64,000 nucleotides of DNA from the NCBI GenBank assembly GCA_965153285.1, contig OZ229111.1; one strand, written 5' to 3'. The translations under genes were made by a program, and so were the position numbers. Shown one piece after another: positions 12,763 through 25,300 of this stretch (positions within the stretch are counted from its first letter, which is position 1; each line of letters starts with the position of its first letter). Under the pieces are notes generated by a model. It was not told the origin of the DNA. It made no database searches and saw only the letters and a program-made list of their open reading frames with translations. This DNA is from Podarcis tiliguerta (lineage: Eukaryota).

Positions 12763-12896
12763 ATGTTTGGGATCCAGGAAAGCATTCAGCGGAGTGGGAG
12801 CAGCATGAAGGAAGAGCCCCTCGGCGCGGGCATGAACGCGGTCAGGACCTGGATGCAGGGCGCCGGCGTCCTGGATGCAAACACGGCCGCGCAGAG
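12763..12896 (+). CDS. EBF1: EBF1 coding exon 1 (MFGIQESIQ...NTAAQ(S))
   Basis: ATG at 12763; EBF1-type N-terminus; donor AG|GTACGT at 12896/12897 (phase 2). Confidence 0.97.
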
Positions 12897-14613
12897 GTAC
12901 GTAGGCGCTGGCGCAGCATCCCTCGCTCCCCTTGCCTTGCCCTCCTCTCCCCTCTTGTCTCGGCAGGCTACCTCTCCAGCAACACCAGCTCTCCGCAGCC
13001 CACTTTTTGCCTGCAGGACTTTTGCGCTGGGGGCACTTTTTGTTGTTGCAAGCGCCCTTGTCAGTGGCGTCTTTACGCGCGTTGGCTCTTCCTTCCTAGT
13101 TGGGCAAACACGTCTTTCTCTGTCTCTCGCTCACACTTTCCATTTCCCCTCCTCCTCCCCAAAATGGTTTTCAGAATAAGTTTACTCTTCCGATGCCCCC
13201 AGTCTCATAACCGTCTCTCCATCTCTCAAAAAAGCTACATTAATAGGTGCAACGCTCTTCCTTCCCCAGCATAACCCTCCAGAAGATATAAGCACTAATG
13301 CGAATTGACCCCCGTTTCCTCCCAAAGCCTCGATTTTTGTGAGTGAGTTGCAACAGGCAATGAACTTTTTCTAGATGCACAACGCTAGACGCGTGTGTGT
13401 GTCCCTTCTGCAAAACCTTTGCAATATTTATTGGTAGTCATCCTCCTCCGCGGATGCTCTTCCCGCCCTCCACAGCCTTGCATTCTGCAAAGCCTCTGTC
13501 CCGGACATCTCTAAATCTTTCTCTTTCACACCCCCCTCTTGCTGTCCGTGTTTGCGCGGAAGCAAGTCCGAATTATTGCCGTGGGACTCGCCTCCAAGCC
13601 AGCCCCGGTTCGGATTGCAGCCTGGGGCGCATTTGCTAAGACGGATCCGGAACCAAGAGCCAACACTCGGTTTTAACTGTCATGTTCGGCTGTTTTTCAT
13701 GTCCATCCTTCTCTGCCCAGTACCACCCCCAGGAAAAATGCCCCTCTGAGGAAGGGAAAGTTCTGCAGTTCTGCAGGGACAACCCAAAGGTTGAAATGTT
13801 TAAAGTTTTCCTAGGCAGCCTGTGGCGGGATGGTTCCCACCGCAAAGAACCGGAGAGGCGATGGAGCCAGAGGCGCTCTTAAAAGCTCGGGCGGAAAGAT
13901 AAGGCACATGGCGGGTTTCCCTGACAGCTGAGGCCAGAGCGGAGGGGACTGCGAAAGAACAGCGCTGGGAAAGCAAAGCTCAGCTATCTCGGGCAGCTTA
14001 AAGCAATCTATAATTCAACCTGAGCTTTACAAAGTGGAAATAGAAGGTTTGTGGGTGGAGGTGGGTGTTTCAGGAGCAGAATAAATGTTTCATAAAAAAA
14101 TAAAATCATAATCACTTTGGAGAGCATTGTTTCTTCCTTTCTGACTCGGAGGAGCCAGGCGCTCCAACACGGGAGAGAGAGAGAGAGAGAAAGAAAGAAA
14201 GAAAGAAAGAAAGGCAACAAAATAGGTGAATCAATAAGTTTGCCTCCCCTGTAGGACTGAGCCACCTGCTCTGGTTTCTCCTTCGGGCTAGTGAGTTTCA
14301 CAGAATTTTCTGCTGGAGAATAGGAAGACCAGGCCTGAAATGGACGTGGGTGAGGGCCCTTGAGCTGTGACCCGAAAGCTTGCTGGGCATTTTAGAAAGC
14401 CGTGCGGGACCCTGGGCCGGGACTTCGAGTGCTTTTCGGCTCGCTAGCCCCGACGCCCCTTACTCCGTGGCGTCTAGTGCCCTAACTCCAGCGAGGGTGA
14501 CCAGAAAGGCGGGCAGGGGTGGCATGTGTGAGAGAGAGCCCCTTGGAGATGGGAGTTAAGAGGGTCTTGGGACCGCCTCGGGGCTCTCTAACCGTGTGTG
14601 TCTTTGGCTGCAG

Positions 14614-14770
14614 CGGGGTGGGCCTGGCCCGGGCTCATTTCGAGAAGCAGCCGCCTTCCAACTTGAGGAAATCGAACTTCTTCCACTTCGTGCTGGCTCT
14701 GTACGACCGGCAGGGGCAGCCGGTGGAGATCGAGCGCACCGCCTTCGTGGGCTTCGTGGAGAAGGAGAAA
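14614..14770 (+). CDS. EBF1: EBF1 coding exon 2 ([52 protein letters not shown])
   Basis: Acceptor tctttggctgcAG|C; donor AAA|GTAAGT; contains the COE signature [14 protein letters not shown]. Confidence 0.98.
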
Positions 14771-15397
14771 GTAAGTGAACGTGTGAAGTGCGGGGTGGGT
14801 GGGTGGGTGAAGAGGCTCCGACTGCCTCACCTGCGAACTGTAACCCTCCCCCACTCCTTGCACAGTCCATCACCAGAGAGAAAGAGAGAGGGAGGGAGCG
14901 CAATTCCACACCTCCATGCCTTAAAATTAGCTTTGCAACTATTTTGCACGCTATTTGGGAGCGGGGGCATAACATTGCCTTTGCAAAATCCCTACCAGAC
15001 GATTCGCCTTCCAAACGCTCACAGGGTCCCTTTCTCCCCTCAGAACCTCCACCCCAATTGAGCCAGTTTGACAACTTCATGCCACTACAACGCCCCCACC
15101 CCGTCGATTGCCTTCGTGACATCAAGGCGCGTCCCCTCCATCCCTGGGCTACCCTCGTGGGCTTCTCTTCGGTTGCAGCTCTGCCCCAGGCTTCTCTCTC
15201 CCTTCCTTTAGGCACTTTTGGTTAAGTGCTTCAAGCTAAATCCCCGCTTGAATGGGAAAAAGAAAAAAGAAAGAAAGCGGGATGTGTGTGTTTGTGTGTA
15301 GAAACTAAGAACAAAGTAAAGAAAAGCGCAGAGTGAGTTTGGAGCGTCCCGGTGGTTTGCGGTCGTTCTTATATGTGTGCGCCCCTTTTCCATTCAG

Positions 15398-15461
15398 GAA
15401 GCCAACAGCGAAAAGACGAACAACGGGATCCATTACCGGCTGCAGCTCCTCTACAGCAATG
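15398..15461 (+). CDS. EBF1: EBF1 coding exon 3 (EANSEKTNNGIHYRLQLLYSN(G))
   Basis: Acceptor ccttttccattcAG|G; donor G|GTGAGC; 64 nt, in frame. Confidence 0.97.
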
Positions 15462-15766
15462 GTGAGCCCCTTTCCTGGCTCGGCCCAACCCTGACAGCTC
15501 ACGGCGGCTTGAAAGCTCTAGGGAGCTCCCTGGCTCAAGTGAGCTGTTTACTCCTGGAAGTGAGAAGCCGGGGAGGGGAGAAGGGCTCGCCTCGTCGGGA
15601 TGCTTTAGGGGGGAAATGGATCAGAGGAAAAGAAAAGGGGGAAAGCCACCTCTCCAGTAGTCCCATAAGGCAGGACAGGATTCTCTTTCCTTCCCCACGT
15701 GGCGACTACTTTCGCTTTGCATGTTTCCAGCTCACCAGACACAACGTTCCACTTTGGTCAGTCAAA

Positions 15767-15926
15767 CATGGAGGTAGCAGCCAAGGCGGAGCAGGGAGGG
15801 GCAGCTGCCCCCCTCCAAATCAATATAAATCAGTAAAAATACATAGCAAACGGAGGTTCTGTCCCCCAAAGCCCAGCTCCCCTAATAAAAGGCCTACCCT
15901 CCAAAAAAATCTTGTCTACGACCATG
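15767..15926 (-). mobile_element. hAT-type MITE in EBF1 intron 3
   Basis: Ends are CATGGAGGTAGC and TCTACGACCATG; perfect 8-bp TSD CAGTCAAA at 15759-15766 and 15927-15934; the reverse complement matches the 8169 and 40645 copies. Confidence 0.8.
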
Positions 15927-16440
15927 CAGTCAAACTCAAGGAAAAGAGGGAAAACTCTATTTTCGCCTCCACTCTCCCTTATAATATATATGCGCTGGGG
16001 TGGGGGTTAAGGCGGGGTGACAAGTCATACTGGGACCGATGGGGGCAAAGAGACACCGGAAGATCTCTCCTTTACGCGCCATCCAAAAAAAGAAGGGAGG
16101 GGTGTCTTCGAAGTGTTTGTGTGCATTCTGGAGTGACAAGGAATTTGAACCCGGGTTCACTTGCTTTTCGAAATGCTAACGTCCTTGTTATTTTCGCGAT
16201 CCATCCCCCCAAATTTTTTTAGGGTTGTGCTTGGTAATGATGACAATAAATAACAGTAACAATAATGGTGATTATTATGACAATCGGTCCCAAGGCCCTT
16301 CCCTCTTGCTCCTGGACAGCCGAAGTTCAAGAAAACACCGATCTGTCCATTTTGTCATTTTCTGCATTATTTATCGGAACGATGCTCTTGATTAATTTAT
16401 TTCTCTTCCCCACTCCCCATTCCCCCTCTCCTGCTTGTAG

Positions 16441-16496
16441 GGATCAGAACAGAACAGGATTTTTATGTCCGCTTAATCGACTCCATGACAAAACAA
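16441..16496 (+). CDS. EBF1: EBF1 coding exon 4 (IRTEQDFYVRLIDSMTKQ)
   Basis: Polypyrimidine tract plus tgtAG|G; donor CAA|GTAAGT; 56 nt. Confidence 0.97.
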
Positions 16497-17132
16497 GTAA
16501 GTTCCTCCCGTCTTAATTCGTGCCTGTATACTTTCTCCCTCGGAGAGATCAAGCTGTGTCCGGGGTGGTTGGAGGCAATGCGTTTGGTTCGGTTCGCCGC
16601 GGGTTGCAGGAAGCTGAGACTGGGGGCTGGCTCGGGGGACCACTTGGTTGCTTGCCTGTGTGCGTCCCCAGAATTGCGGAACCGGCGATCGACGTGGGGA
16701 GCGCGCCGAGTGAGGTGAGGTCAAGGCGCGTAACGTGCGACTGCTGTTGTGTGCACGCTGCGACAGGCCGTGCAGCCCAGTCCCTCTTCCGGGGGGAAGG
16801 CGCAGCCGCTCGGGCAACTTGACACAGATCAGCAAATTAGGGGAGGAGAGGGGGTTGGGCTTTTCTCCTCTCCCCACCCCAAGATACCAATTCCATTTCA
16901 GCCCCTTTGCTGTCCCGGCCAAGTTTACCCCGAAGTAAACCCCACTTGGCTCGATAGACCTTTGTTCCAACTGTCTGCCCGCGGATCCTGGCTTTGCACG
17001 GCCAGGTGAAGTTGATAAACTCCTATATGATTCTATGATCCAAACCAGTCCCACAAAGACCTGGTTTCTTGGGCGAGAGCCGGAGGGTATTTTCTAACAA
17101 CGGCCAGAGTTTTCAAACGGGCCTCATCTTCT

Positions 17133-17226
17133 GGTTCGAGCCGTGTACGGGACAGCTATATATATTCCTGCATTGCGAGGGGTCGGACTAGATGATCCTG
17201 AGGACCCTTTCCAATTCTATGCTTCT
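17133..17226 (+). mobile_element. 5'-truncated tRNA-derived SINE with CR1-type tail
   Basis: GGTTCGAGCCGTGTACGGGACAGCT...GGGTCGGACTAGATGATCCTGAGGACCCTTTCCAATTCTATG; same family as 5693 and 60276. Confidence 0.7.
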
Positions 17227-20200
17227 GCTAAGAGCGGACGGTTGCCATTGGGGCGCATTAGGTGCGAAGGATTTCTCTCTCTTTCCCCCACCCTCACATT
17301 TCCTACTCCAAATTCCTAGCCTCTTTAAAGTCCAGGTAGAGGAGAGAGCCAGCAGTCCTAACGGTTAGAGCACAGAAAGGGGGAAAGTCCGCCTAAAGCA
17401 GGAGGGATGAGATGACGGAGATCTCGCCTCTGCGAGCGAGGGATGAAGTCCATCCGCTTGGAAAGGAAAGCGCGCCTGCGGCTACAGAGCCCAGAGCAAG
17501 CCGCGCACAGCTCAGGCGAAAGAGCGCTTTGGAACCGGCGTTTGGCTGCGATGGGCAAAGCGCCTCCTGCTCCCGGTTTTAGATTGGCCGGGAGCCAGGG
17601 CGGGGTGAAGGCGCCGCCGCCTTAAAGGTACAGGATCGCCGTCACAGCCTCCTCGCCAACCTCTCTAATGGGCCAGGGCCAAATAAGGAACTGAGATCGG
17701 GTTGCGGCCAGAAGGAGGAGGAGGAGGAGAGGCGGGGAGGGCAATGTTATTTGTCACACACACAGAGATTAATTTTGTCTCCCCCCAAATCCGAAGTTTT
17801 AATTAGGCACAGTTGCTGTTTGAAATAAATAAATAACGTGCGGCTTCCTACTCCCTGAAGGCGTTCAGATCACAGGATTCTTCTCTCCCCCGCCCCCAAC
17901 TCACTTTAATTATACGAATGAAAAGAAATAGAAAACAAACACAGCCACGCAAAAAACAGCAACCAGCCAGTGTAGCAAATATTTATCCTTCTCTTATTTG
18001 CAATGACATTGCTAGTGTTTTTTGGTGGTTGTTTTTTCGGGGGTGGGTTGGGGGGACAGCGATTAACTCATTAGAGCTTTGCAGCTGTATAACTAGGCAG
18101 TGAAATGTATGCCGGGAGGTTAAGTGACTGTTTTAGAAATGCTACGTTCAAATACAAGCCTAGTTTTAATTTGTAATATGGGGAGCTGTTCCTGTCATGC
18201 AGGCTAATTTTGAGTATGACATTTGCTTCAGAACGCTCAAGTTTGTGTGTGTATGTGTACATACCCAAAGCCAAGCAATTGTGTTTGCAGGTAAAAGGCT
18301 ACACACAGACAGAGAGAAAACCAAAACAGGAGGCAAGAATTTTGCCTCCCCAAATCACAATATTTTTGTGCTATGATTTAATTAAAAACATTTCTTTTTA
18401 AAAAATAATAATCTAAAATTAAAAGACTTTAAAATCAGATCTGATTAGCATTCATGTTAATCATTTGAAAGTAATCAGTTGAGGTACATAGACTTATTCA
18501 AGTTTTGTTTTTCTATAAAAAAGTTCGGGTTTTTTGTGTAGGAGGGGTTCCTCCACTTTAAAAAGGCCAGACAAAATCTCCAACATTTGCACACATTTAT
18601 AAACCAGTTTCTGGGTGTTTCAAATTCTGCCTTCAAAAACTTTTATTGCTTGCCTTTGTTTTTGGTGGCTTTTTGACACCAAACCAGAAAGGTCAAAGTG
18701 CTGAGTTTGTTTTAGAACACTGTCTTTGATGGTCCCTAAACATCTTTTCCTGCTATTGATGGCTGTCTTACAATAGAAAGAAAAAGAAAGAAAGAAAATG
18801 AAGTAATTATGTTAGACAATTCCATCATTCAGATACAGCTAATTGAAAGATACTCTTTTGAAAGAGTCTGTCGCAGGGGCTGAAACAAAAACAGGAACAA
18901 TTCTCTAACAGCAAGTCTCGAAAAAGTGGTGAACAGAATTGACTGAAAATGGATCTGTGGGCTCATATTTAAATTGGCAGAAGCCCTCACAGTGCTTTGG
19001 GGTGTGTCTTGTGTATTTCATGAGGAATTGTTACAAAAATACCATTTAATATTATAATTGAACAGCTTTTATATTACAGTCATGTAAGAGATGATGTTTC
19101 CACCTTTCATAATTATGATCCCCTGGTGGAAAGCGACTATTTGAGTTTCTATAGCTTTAAAGCACTTTCCTTTAACAAGGCACTTTGCTTATGATTGCAT
19201 TGTTGTCAAATCATCTGTGAGTTTTCTTAAGAAAATAAAAGGTGAATAGTCTGCCATCTTTCGCTTAAATACGATGGTGAGATTTAAGCAGCCTGAATGC
19301 AGGATTGCAGCCTTTGTTTGTTTGTAGCATTTATAATATAGATATTACAGGCTATAATCACCTTTGGAGGATGTCTCAATTCCCCCACCCCCTTCTGTAT
19401 CTAAATCTGCAGTGAGGGGGAAAATACAGTATCTTTTTTTGAGTTTGGGGTGGGATCGAATAGTATCACTGACAAATAACATAGACAGAACCAAGATCTG
19501 AGGGAGAATGTTGCTACAGAGCTACATTAAAAAGCCTCTTCTAGATGTGAATGTAGAAAATAGCAAGCTGGTGGATACAAGTGTGTTGTGTTATTTGCTT
19601 CCTTGTTAGGCCCATGAATGTGTTCAGAAGTGGCACATGTGCCTTTAAATATAAACAGTGGCTGTATCAGTTTTTGTGTGTGTGGTGATCTGATTATTAT
19701 TTCTGGAAAGCAAAGACGCTTGCTAAATTTCTGCTCGAAACAAATTTGCTTGGGAGGTCTCGAAGCCTGTGCGCTAGTTAATCAAGGAAGGAAGGTCAGT
19801 GCTACATATGGCTTGCCAATGTGTCCAAATGTGGAGACATCGCTAGCGGTTTAGCGCAGAGTGTGCATAATATATAGGAGATTCCCCAGTAACTTTCAGC
19901 TTGTAATTAAATTGTGCAAAGCCTGGTTGGAAAAAAAAAATCTTTAATCTTTAATGCAAGTTAAACATATATTGTCAACCTACTTAGAGGGGCAGTATTC
20001 CAGTACACACGACTCAGAACAAATTGGATAATGGAATGATGACTCCGAAATGAAACTGTGGCAGGAGCATGCATGCCTTAATGGGGTGGCGTCAGCGGGA
20101 GACGTGCGCACATGCCTTCGTCAACAATGATTGTCCTACACGGCAGTCACTGTTTTGAAGACATTTTTTGCAAATATTATTTTTTAAAAAATATATCTGA

Positions 20201-22769
20201 AAAGGTTAATGAACAAATAGGTTGTCCCTTTTGCCTCTAGGAAGGTGTCAGTGAAGAGACAGTATTGAAGGGAAAGGGTGTTTTAAATCTACAGTGCTAT
20301 TGACATAAGCATGCAGGTAACTGAACTATATAATCATTTAATTCATTCAAAATAAACTTTAATAGATGGTTTATTATCCACAGTGATTGCAATCACTTTC
20401 ATTCAATTGTATGAGTATTATTATTATTTCTTTGTTTAAATGTCTGGATGCTTGAAACTCTCTGTATGAAAAGTCATGGACAGATGCTGGGCTTGAGATA
20501 TTCATTTTTTTTTTTTTAAATAAAGCAGGTTGTAATAGTGCTTTATGAGTCATGGATATTATCCCAACTTCATCTGTATGGTTTTTAAAAAAACAACCCC
20601 TAAAGCCTAAGAATAGACAAGGGTATATTTTGGGTAGAAATCTTGAAATAGTTACTCATGAATAAGCCATTGTTGGCTTAAATGGGACAGTACCTGCATG
20701 CAACTGCTTGCCTATATTTAGCAGTCTCCGACGCTGCCTAAGAAATTAGACTTGGGTCCTGGTATAGTGACAAAGCTTAACCCAACTGGTGAGAGCTGAT
20801 TTAGGCTTATGGGCATTAATTTTGTCTCTGCATGCATATAAGCAAACACCCAATCTTGCTTCCTTTGCCCTGAACATGTGAATTTGTCCCTGAAGTTTTA
20901 ACATTGGTCAGGCCTTCAGGTGTGTACATGTATCATGTTGTGTTTATGTGTCTATATCACACTTGGCATTGGACATATTGGCAATGTAAAGCTGGGTGCC
21001 GTGGGTGCTTCTCAGCTCTGGAATGATGTGCATGTAAATATACATGTATGCAACCTGATAAACAATACCCTTCACTGAACAACGTTAAGTTCTCTTCAGT
21101 GCTGAGAGCAGATCTTCTCACAGTTCAGTCCTAATGCACTTCGTAGAAATAAGTAGAGCTGTTTCCTGCAGAACTTTCCCCCATGTAAGGCATTCTAGAT
21201 GCTATATCAAACGTTGTTTCAAATAACTCTATAGATGTCTGTTCCCTCCCCTCCCTGCCGCTGAGCATGATGCACATGGTACATAGGTAGTTTTCCATTT
21301 TTGCCACGATCCTGCTGTGCCAACGCACACAGGTATTCAATCAGCTCTCTGCTCAGCATATTGCATGGTTCTGTGGCTGGCACATAGGCGATTAAAATAT
21401 TATGAATCCATTCAGAAAAGAACTCTGCAGAATCTGAGCTATTGAGCACAATGCGCCTTTGAAAACGCAAGAGAGAAAGTTTGCAATCGAGCCAGGTTCC
21501 AGCAGCTTGAGTGTTCCTTTGGTTGCATGTCAGAAAGTGCAGGTGATTTTAATTTCCTCATACGGAGAAGAATGCAGAAGTCTGAAATTTGCATGCATGA
21601 TCAGGACCTGTGTGTTTGGGAAAATGTAAACTCATCACAGTGGAAAATGTGTTGTTTGGAGTCTGGGGGTGAAAACAAAGCTGAGGATTTTGGAGCGACT
21701 GCCTGGGCCAGATGGCCTAGTGCATTCCCAGTCTGGCAGCCCAACTGCTCCCTCCTGTATAATATACAGCCATTTGTTCTGGGATATTTACGCTAGAGTT
21801 GTTTCCATGTGAATGTTTGAGAAGCGTTGAAAACGAACATATTAAGGGGGGCAAGAATTTTATTTAATTCATGTGAATTCAAGTTGATTAGTGAGCCAAC
21901 ATGCCAGGGACGAGAGAATGAGAACAATGATTAGCGTCTTTTGGTTTAGGGCTGTTGAGCAAGAAAAATAATCGCTATATTTTGGGGGCAAGTCTGGGCA
22001 ATCCCTTATTGCTCTACCTATTAAAACATTATAGCAAATAATGAGGGGCTGCTCTGCAGGCGGAAATCAGAATTAGTGGCTGGTTAAATATTGCAAGTGG
22101 AAATTATTTTAATCCAGAATCTAAGCACTCATTCCTAAATTTATCAATACAACATGATAGTCTAAACCCTTATGATTGGTATTTTATGATTATCTAAATA
22201 CTCTTTGCCCCTTCTTCAGACATAGACCTATGGATGCAACCTGATGTATAAAATGCTTCTTTTATGTGGACACCTATTTGTCTGCATAATGTTAGATAGC
22301 ACTCAGATATCCCAAGTGGTAAGAGATAATTTGCTGGATATAGGGACATAGGGATTGGTTCGTGACCATTTATGCACATTGGGTTATATCCAGTGGTGGT
22401 GTTCAGCTAACAGAAGACTGCTGCCAGCAGAAAGGAGATTTTGGCAATTTCAGGCAATTATCCCACCCATCCCTGCAGCCCCCCTCACCTGCCATAAATA
22501 TGGTGCAGAGGTTTGGAGGAGCGGGTGGGGAGAAATTGCAAAAACCAACAACTTAGTACCTTATTCTGCAGATGAAAACCTTACTGCCTGCTCAGCAACA
22601 TTGTTGGATACAACCCATGGGCTCCAATCCAGCTAAAGTTAGTTGCTCCTAAGTAACATTGCAGCTAATGGAACAAGTTAGTTATGACTGTAGAGCACGT
22701 CCCGCAGGAATATCCAAATCTGTGCATTTAAAAAACCCCCAGTGTGGTTGGACATATATCCCAATGAGT

Positions 22770-23680
22770 CAGAGGTCCTGTTCTGGAGGGGGTTGCACTC
22801 CTAATGAGTGAACCAGTGCATAGTTTGGGTTGCTCCTAGAATATTTGTTGTTGAGGAGCACCTCTTTTCAGCTTTGGCTGGTTCACCAGCTGTTGCCGTT
22901 CTATGACAGGGAGAACTTGGCTCCTGTGGCCCATGTGCTGATAACCTCATGTTTGGATTACTCTATGTGAAGCTGCCCTAGAAGTTTTGTTGCATGTGGC
23001 TAGGCTCCTGTCAGAGCAGTGGTGGGCTTCAAAATTTCAGTGGCTCCCTGTGCAATGCCAGAATTCACCCCCTCCCACCTCTCACTTTCTGTTATTCATC
23101 ATTGTTGCTGTTCCCTCTCGGTTTGGCACCCAGTGTGGGCGAACCAGTTGTGTTCCCTTAAATCCACCCCTGGTCAGAGGTGGCCTGCAGTGAGCACGAA
23201 TTGTGGAAGAACTGCAGTGGCTTCTAATATGTGACTGAGCCAGTTTCATGGTACTTGTGTACAGAAAGCCCCAAATAACTTGGAAACTCAATTCCTGGGA
23301 GAACACCTGCTGCCCTATAGACCAGCCTGTATATTAAAGTCAGCTAAGGTGGCTCTCAACAGCCTCACCATTTTTTGATATTTGTATGGCAGCGTTGTGG
23401 GGGAGAGGCTTCTCGGTGGGGGCACCTTGCCTTTGGAATGCTCTTCCCTTTGAAATAGGATGGATGCTGATCCTGTTCAGCTTTGGGCACCAGCTAAAGA
23501 CGGGACTTTTTGCTCAGGCCTTCCTCAATGTTTAATGTCAGACTTATTTGTCCTGACCTCTTCGGGTTGCCGTGCATTTGCTCCTGTTCTTAAGCTGTTG
23601 AGTGTTTTTTGTGTTGCTTTTAACTTGTAACCCACTTTGAAATCACTAGCAATGAAAAGCAGGATAGAAATGTTTTTAAT
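22770..23680 (+). mobile_element. Decayed L2-like LINE 3' fragment (ORF2 C-terminus and tail)
   Basis: Recognised from memory of squamate L2 motifs: GGGGTTGCACTCC, TTTCAGCTTTGGCTGGTTCACCAGCTG, TGGATTACTCTATGTGAAGCTGCCC, CTTTGGAATGCTCTTCCC and the tail AAAGCAGGATAGAAAT. No intact ORF. Confidence 0.6.
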
Positions 23681-23709
23681 AAGTAGTAGTAGTATGTATA
23701 TATGTATGT

Positions 23710-23853
23710 ATGTATTTATTTATACCCCGCCCATCTGACTGGGTTTCCCCAGCCACTCTGGGCGACTCCCAACAGAATATTAATAACACGATAAAACATC
23801 AAACATTAAAAACTTCCCTAAACAGGGCTGCCTTCAAATGTCTTCTAAAAGCC
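23710..23853 (-). mobile_element. Young L2-type LINE 3' end (lacertid-like)
   Basis: Reverse complement GAAGACATTTGAAGGCAGCCCTGTTTAGGGAAGTTTTTAATG...CGCCCAGAGTGGCTGGGGAAACCCAGTCAGATGGGCGGGGTATAAATAAATAC, followed by a simple-repeat tail. Confidence 0.65.
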
Positions 23854-25159
23854 ATTTATTAAAAGTTATTTCTAAATTAATAAACATAATGGTCCTAGTT
23901 GGAGGTAAGGGGAAAGGGTTTAATTGCCTTTTTAATATACTTTTTCAGCCTCCTATCAAGACATACCCCAGAGTTAAAACTATAAAAGACAAACACACCC
24001 ACACCGGGGGGAAATTGCATCACATGGTTGTTTATTTCTTTACCAATGTGGGTTATGGTGTACATTTGCAAAATTATTTTTAGTACTACAGTAGTCTAAC
24101 TTTATACCGGGGTACTTTCACTTCACTTCTTCCTAATTTATTGATCTCCTTTTGTAACTGGGTTTCACCGGAGCAGAGCCCTGCATAACTTTGACAATTA
24201 TCCCACCAAAGGTCTTGGTTTCATGAACAGAGCATAAAAAATATTTGGAAATATTTAGATCAATACACCATTTTCATTTAATGCATGCAATAGAAGGGTT
24301 GTGCGTGAGTGCCTGTGTGCGTGTATATTTAAAGGAATCATAATTTAGCAACTTCCTGTAGTGGGACCTGAGTTTCTGTCAGCTGCAAAGATCTGAGACT
24401 GTTCTTCCTTCCGTCCTGAAACCAACTGTTGTAAATGTTTGCCGCCATGGTTTGTGAGCATGGACAGCAACTGTAAGCTAACCAGTCAGCCCCACACTTC
24501 TTATATTGTGCCATTTGCGAGAAGATGTAACATCCTAAGAGTGGCTTAGAGAGCCAAAATAGAGTGGCACCCTGTGTATCCTGTTATTTGATAATTCATT
24601 CACAGAGGGGTGGGGATTCGTTTGGTCTTCCAGGTCCTTCATTGCAGCTTAGAGGCCTGCAAACTTATTCTTCCAAATAAATCTAGTTTGCCATTTTTTG
24701 GCCTTGGTAATGGTGCAAGGGAAGGATAACAAGAGGCTGTTCTCCACAGGCCCTTCATGAATTAAATACCTGCAGCATTCTAGACACTCGCATGTCAAGT
24801 TTAGCCAAGTAACGCCAGCTTATTGAACAAACACTAAGGAGCAATTTCTCTGGCCAAGTCAGTCTCTTTCCTCCCCTTTGACTGGATTTCACTCTGCAGC
24901 CGGCAAAGTGTTCATGGGACTTGGCCATTGAGTGCATGGCCTGTCCTTTTTTTTTGCATGCTCTTGCTTTTGCATGGTGTTGGTCATGTCCACTGCATTG
25001 TTTCTGCATGAACACATGGTGCATCAACCTGCTCAACATAGTTGGGTGAAATGGATCTAATTTCCCTGGTGCTTGTGCGCAGATCCTAAGCACCTTGGAT
25101 GGACCAGGCTCACATATAATGTAGGGGCAATCTTGGCAGGAATGTTGTGTTTGTAAGTG

Positions 25160-25300
25160 TCCCTTATGTCAAGTCGGAGCAGCTTTCTAAGCATTGTCTA
25201 AACTGACCGGTAGTAGTAGCTCTCCAGGAGATGTCAGGGACTGAACCTGGGACTTTCTGCATGCAAAGCAAATGCTCTGCCACTGAGCTAAGGCCCTTCC
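25160..25300 (-). mobile_element. tRNA-Ala-derived squamate SINE (internally deleted)
   Basis: Reverse complement GGAAGGGCCTTAGCTCAGTGGCAGAGCATTTGCTTTGCATGCAGAAAGTCCCAGGTTCAGTCCCTGACATCTCC. Confidence 0.75.

Larger units (their letters stand above)
9150..17720. promoter_or_regulatory. Broad CpG-rich domain / CpG island over the EBF1 promoters and exons 1-4 (densest about 10900-13000)
   Basis: Visibly high CpG and GC content compared with the CpG-depleted flanks. Boundaries estimated by eye. Confidence 0.8.

Noticed and set aside
14519-16222. ORFs 14519..15061 and 15377..16222 as full proteins
   Set aside because: Only the exon 2 and exon 3 segments are EBF1. The rest is intron read-through, including a MITE.
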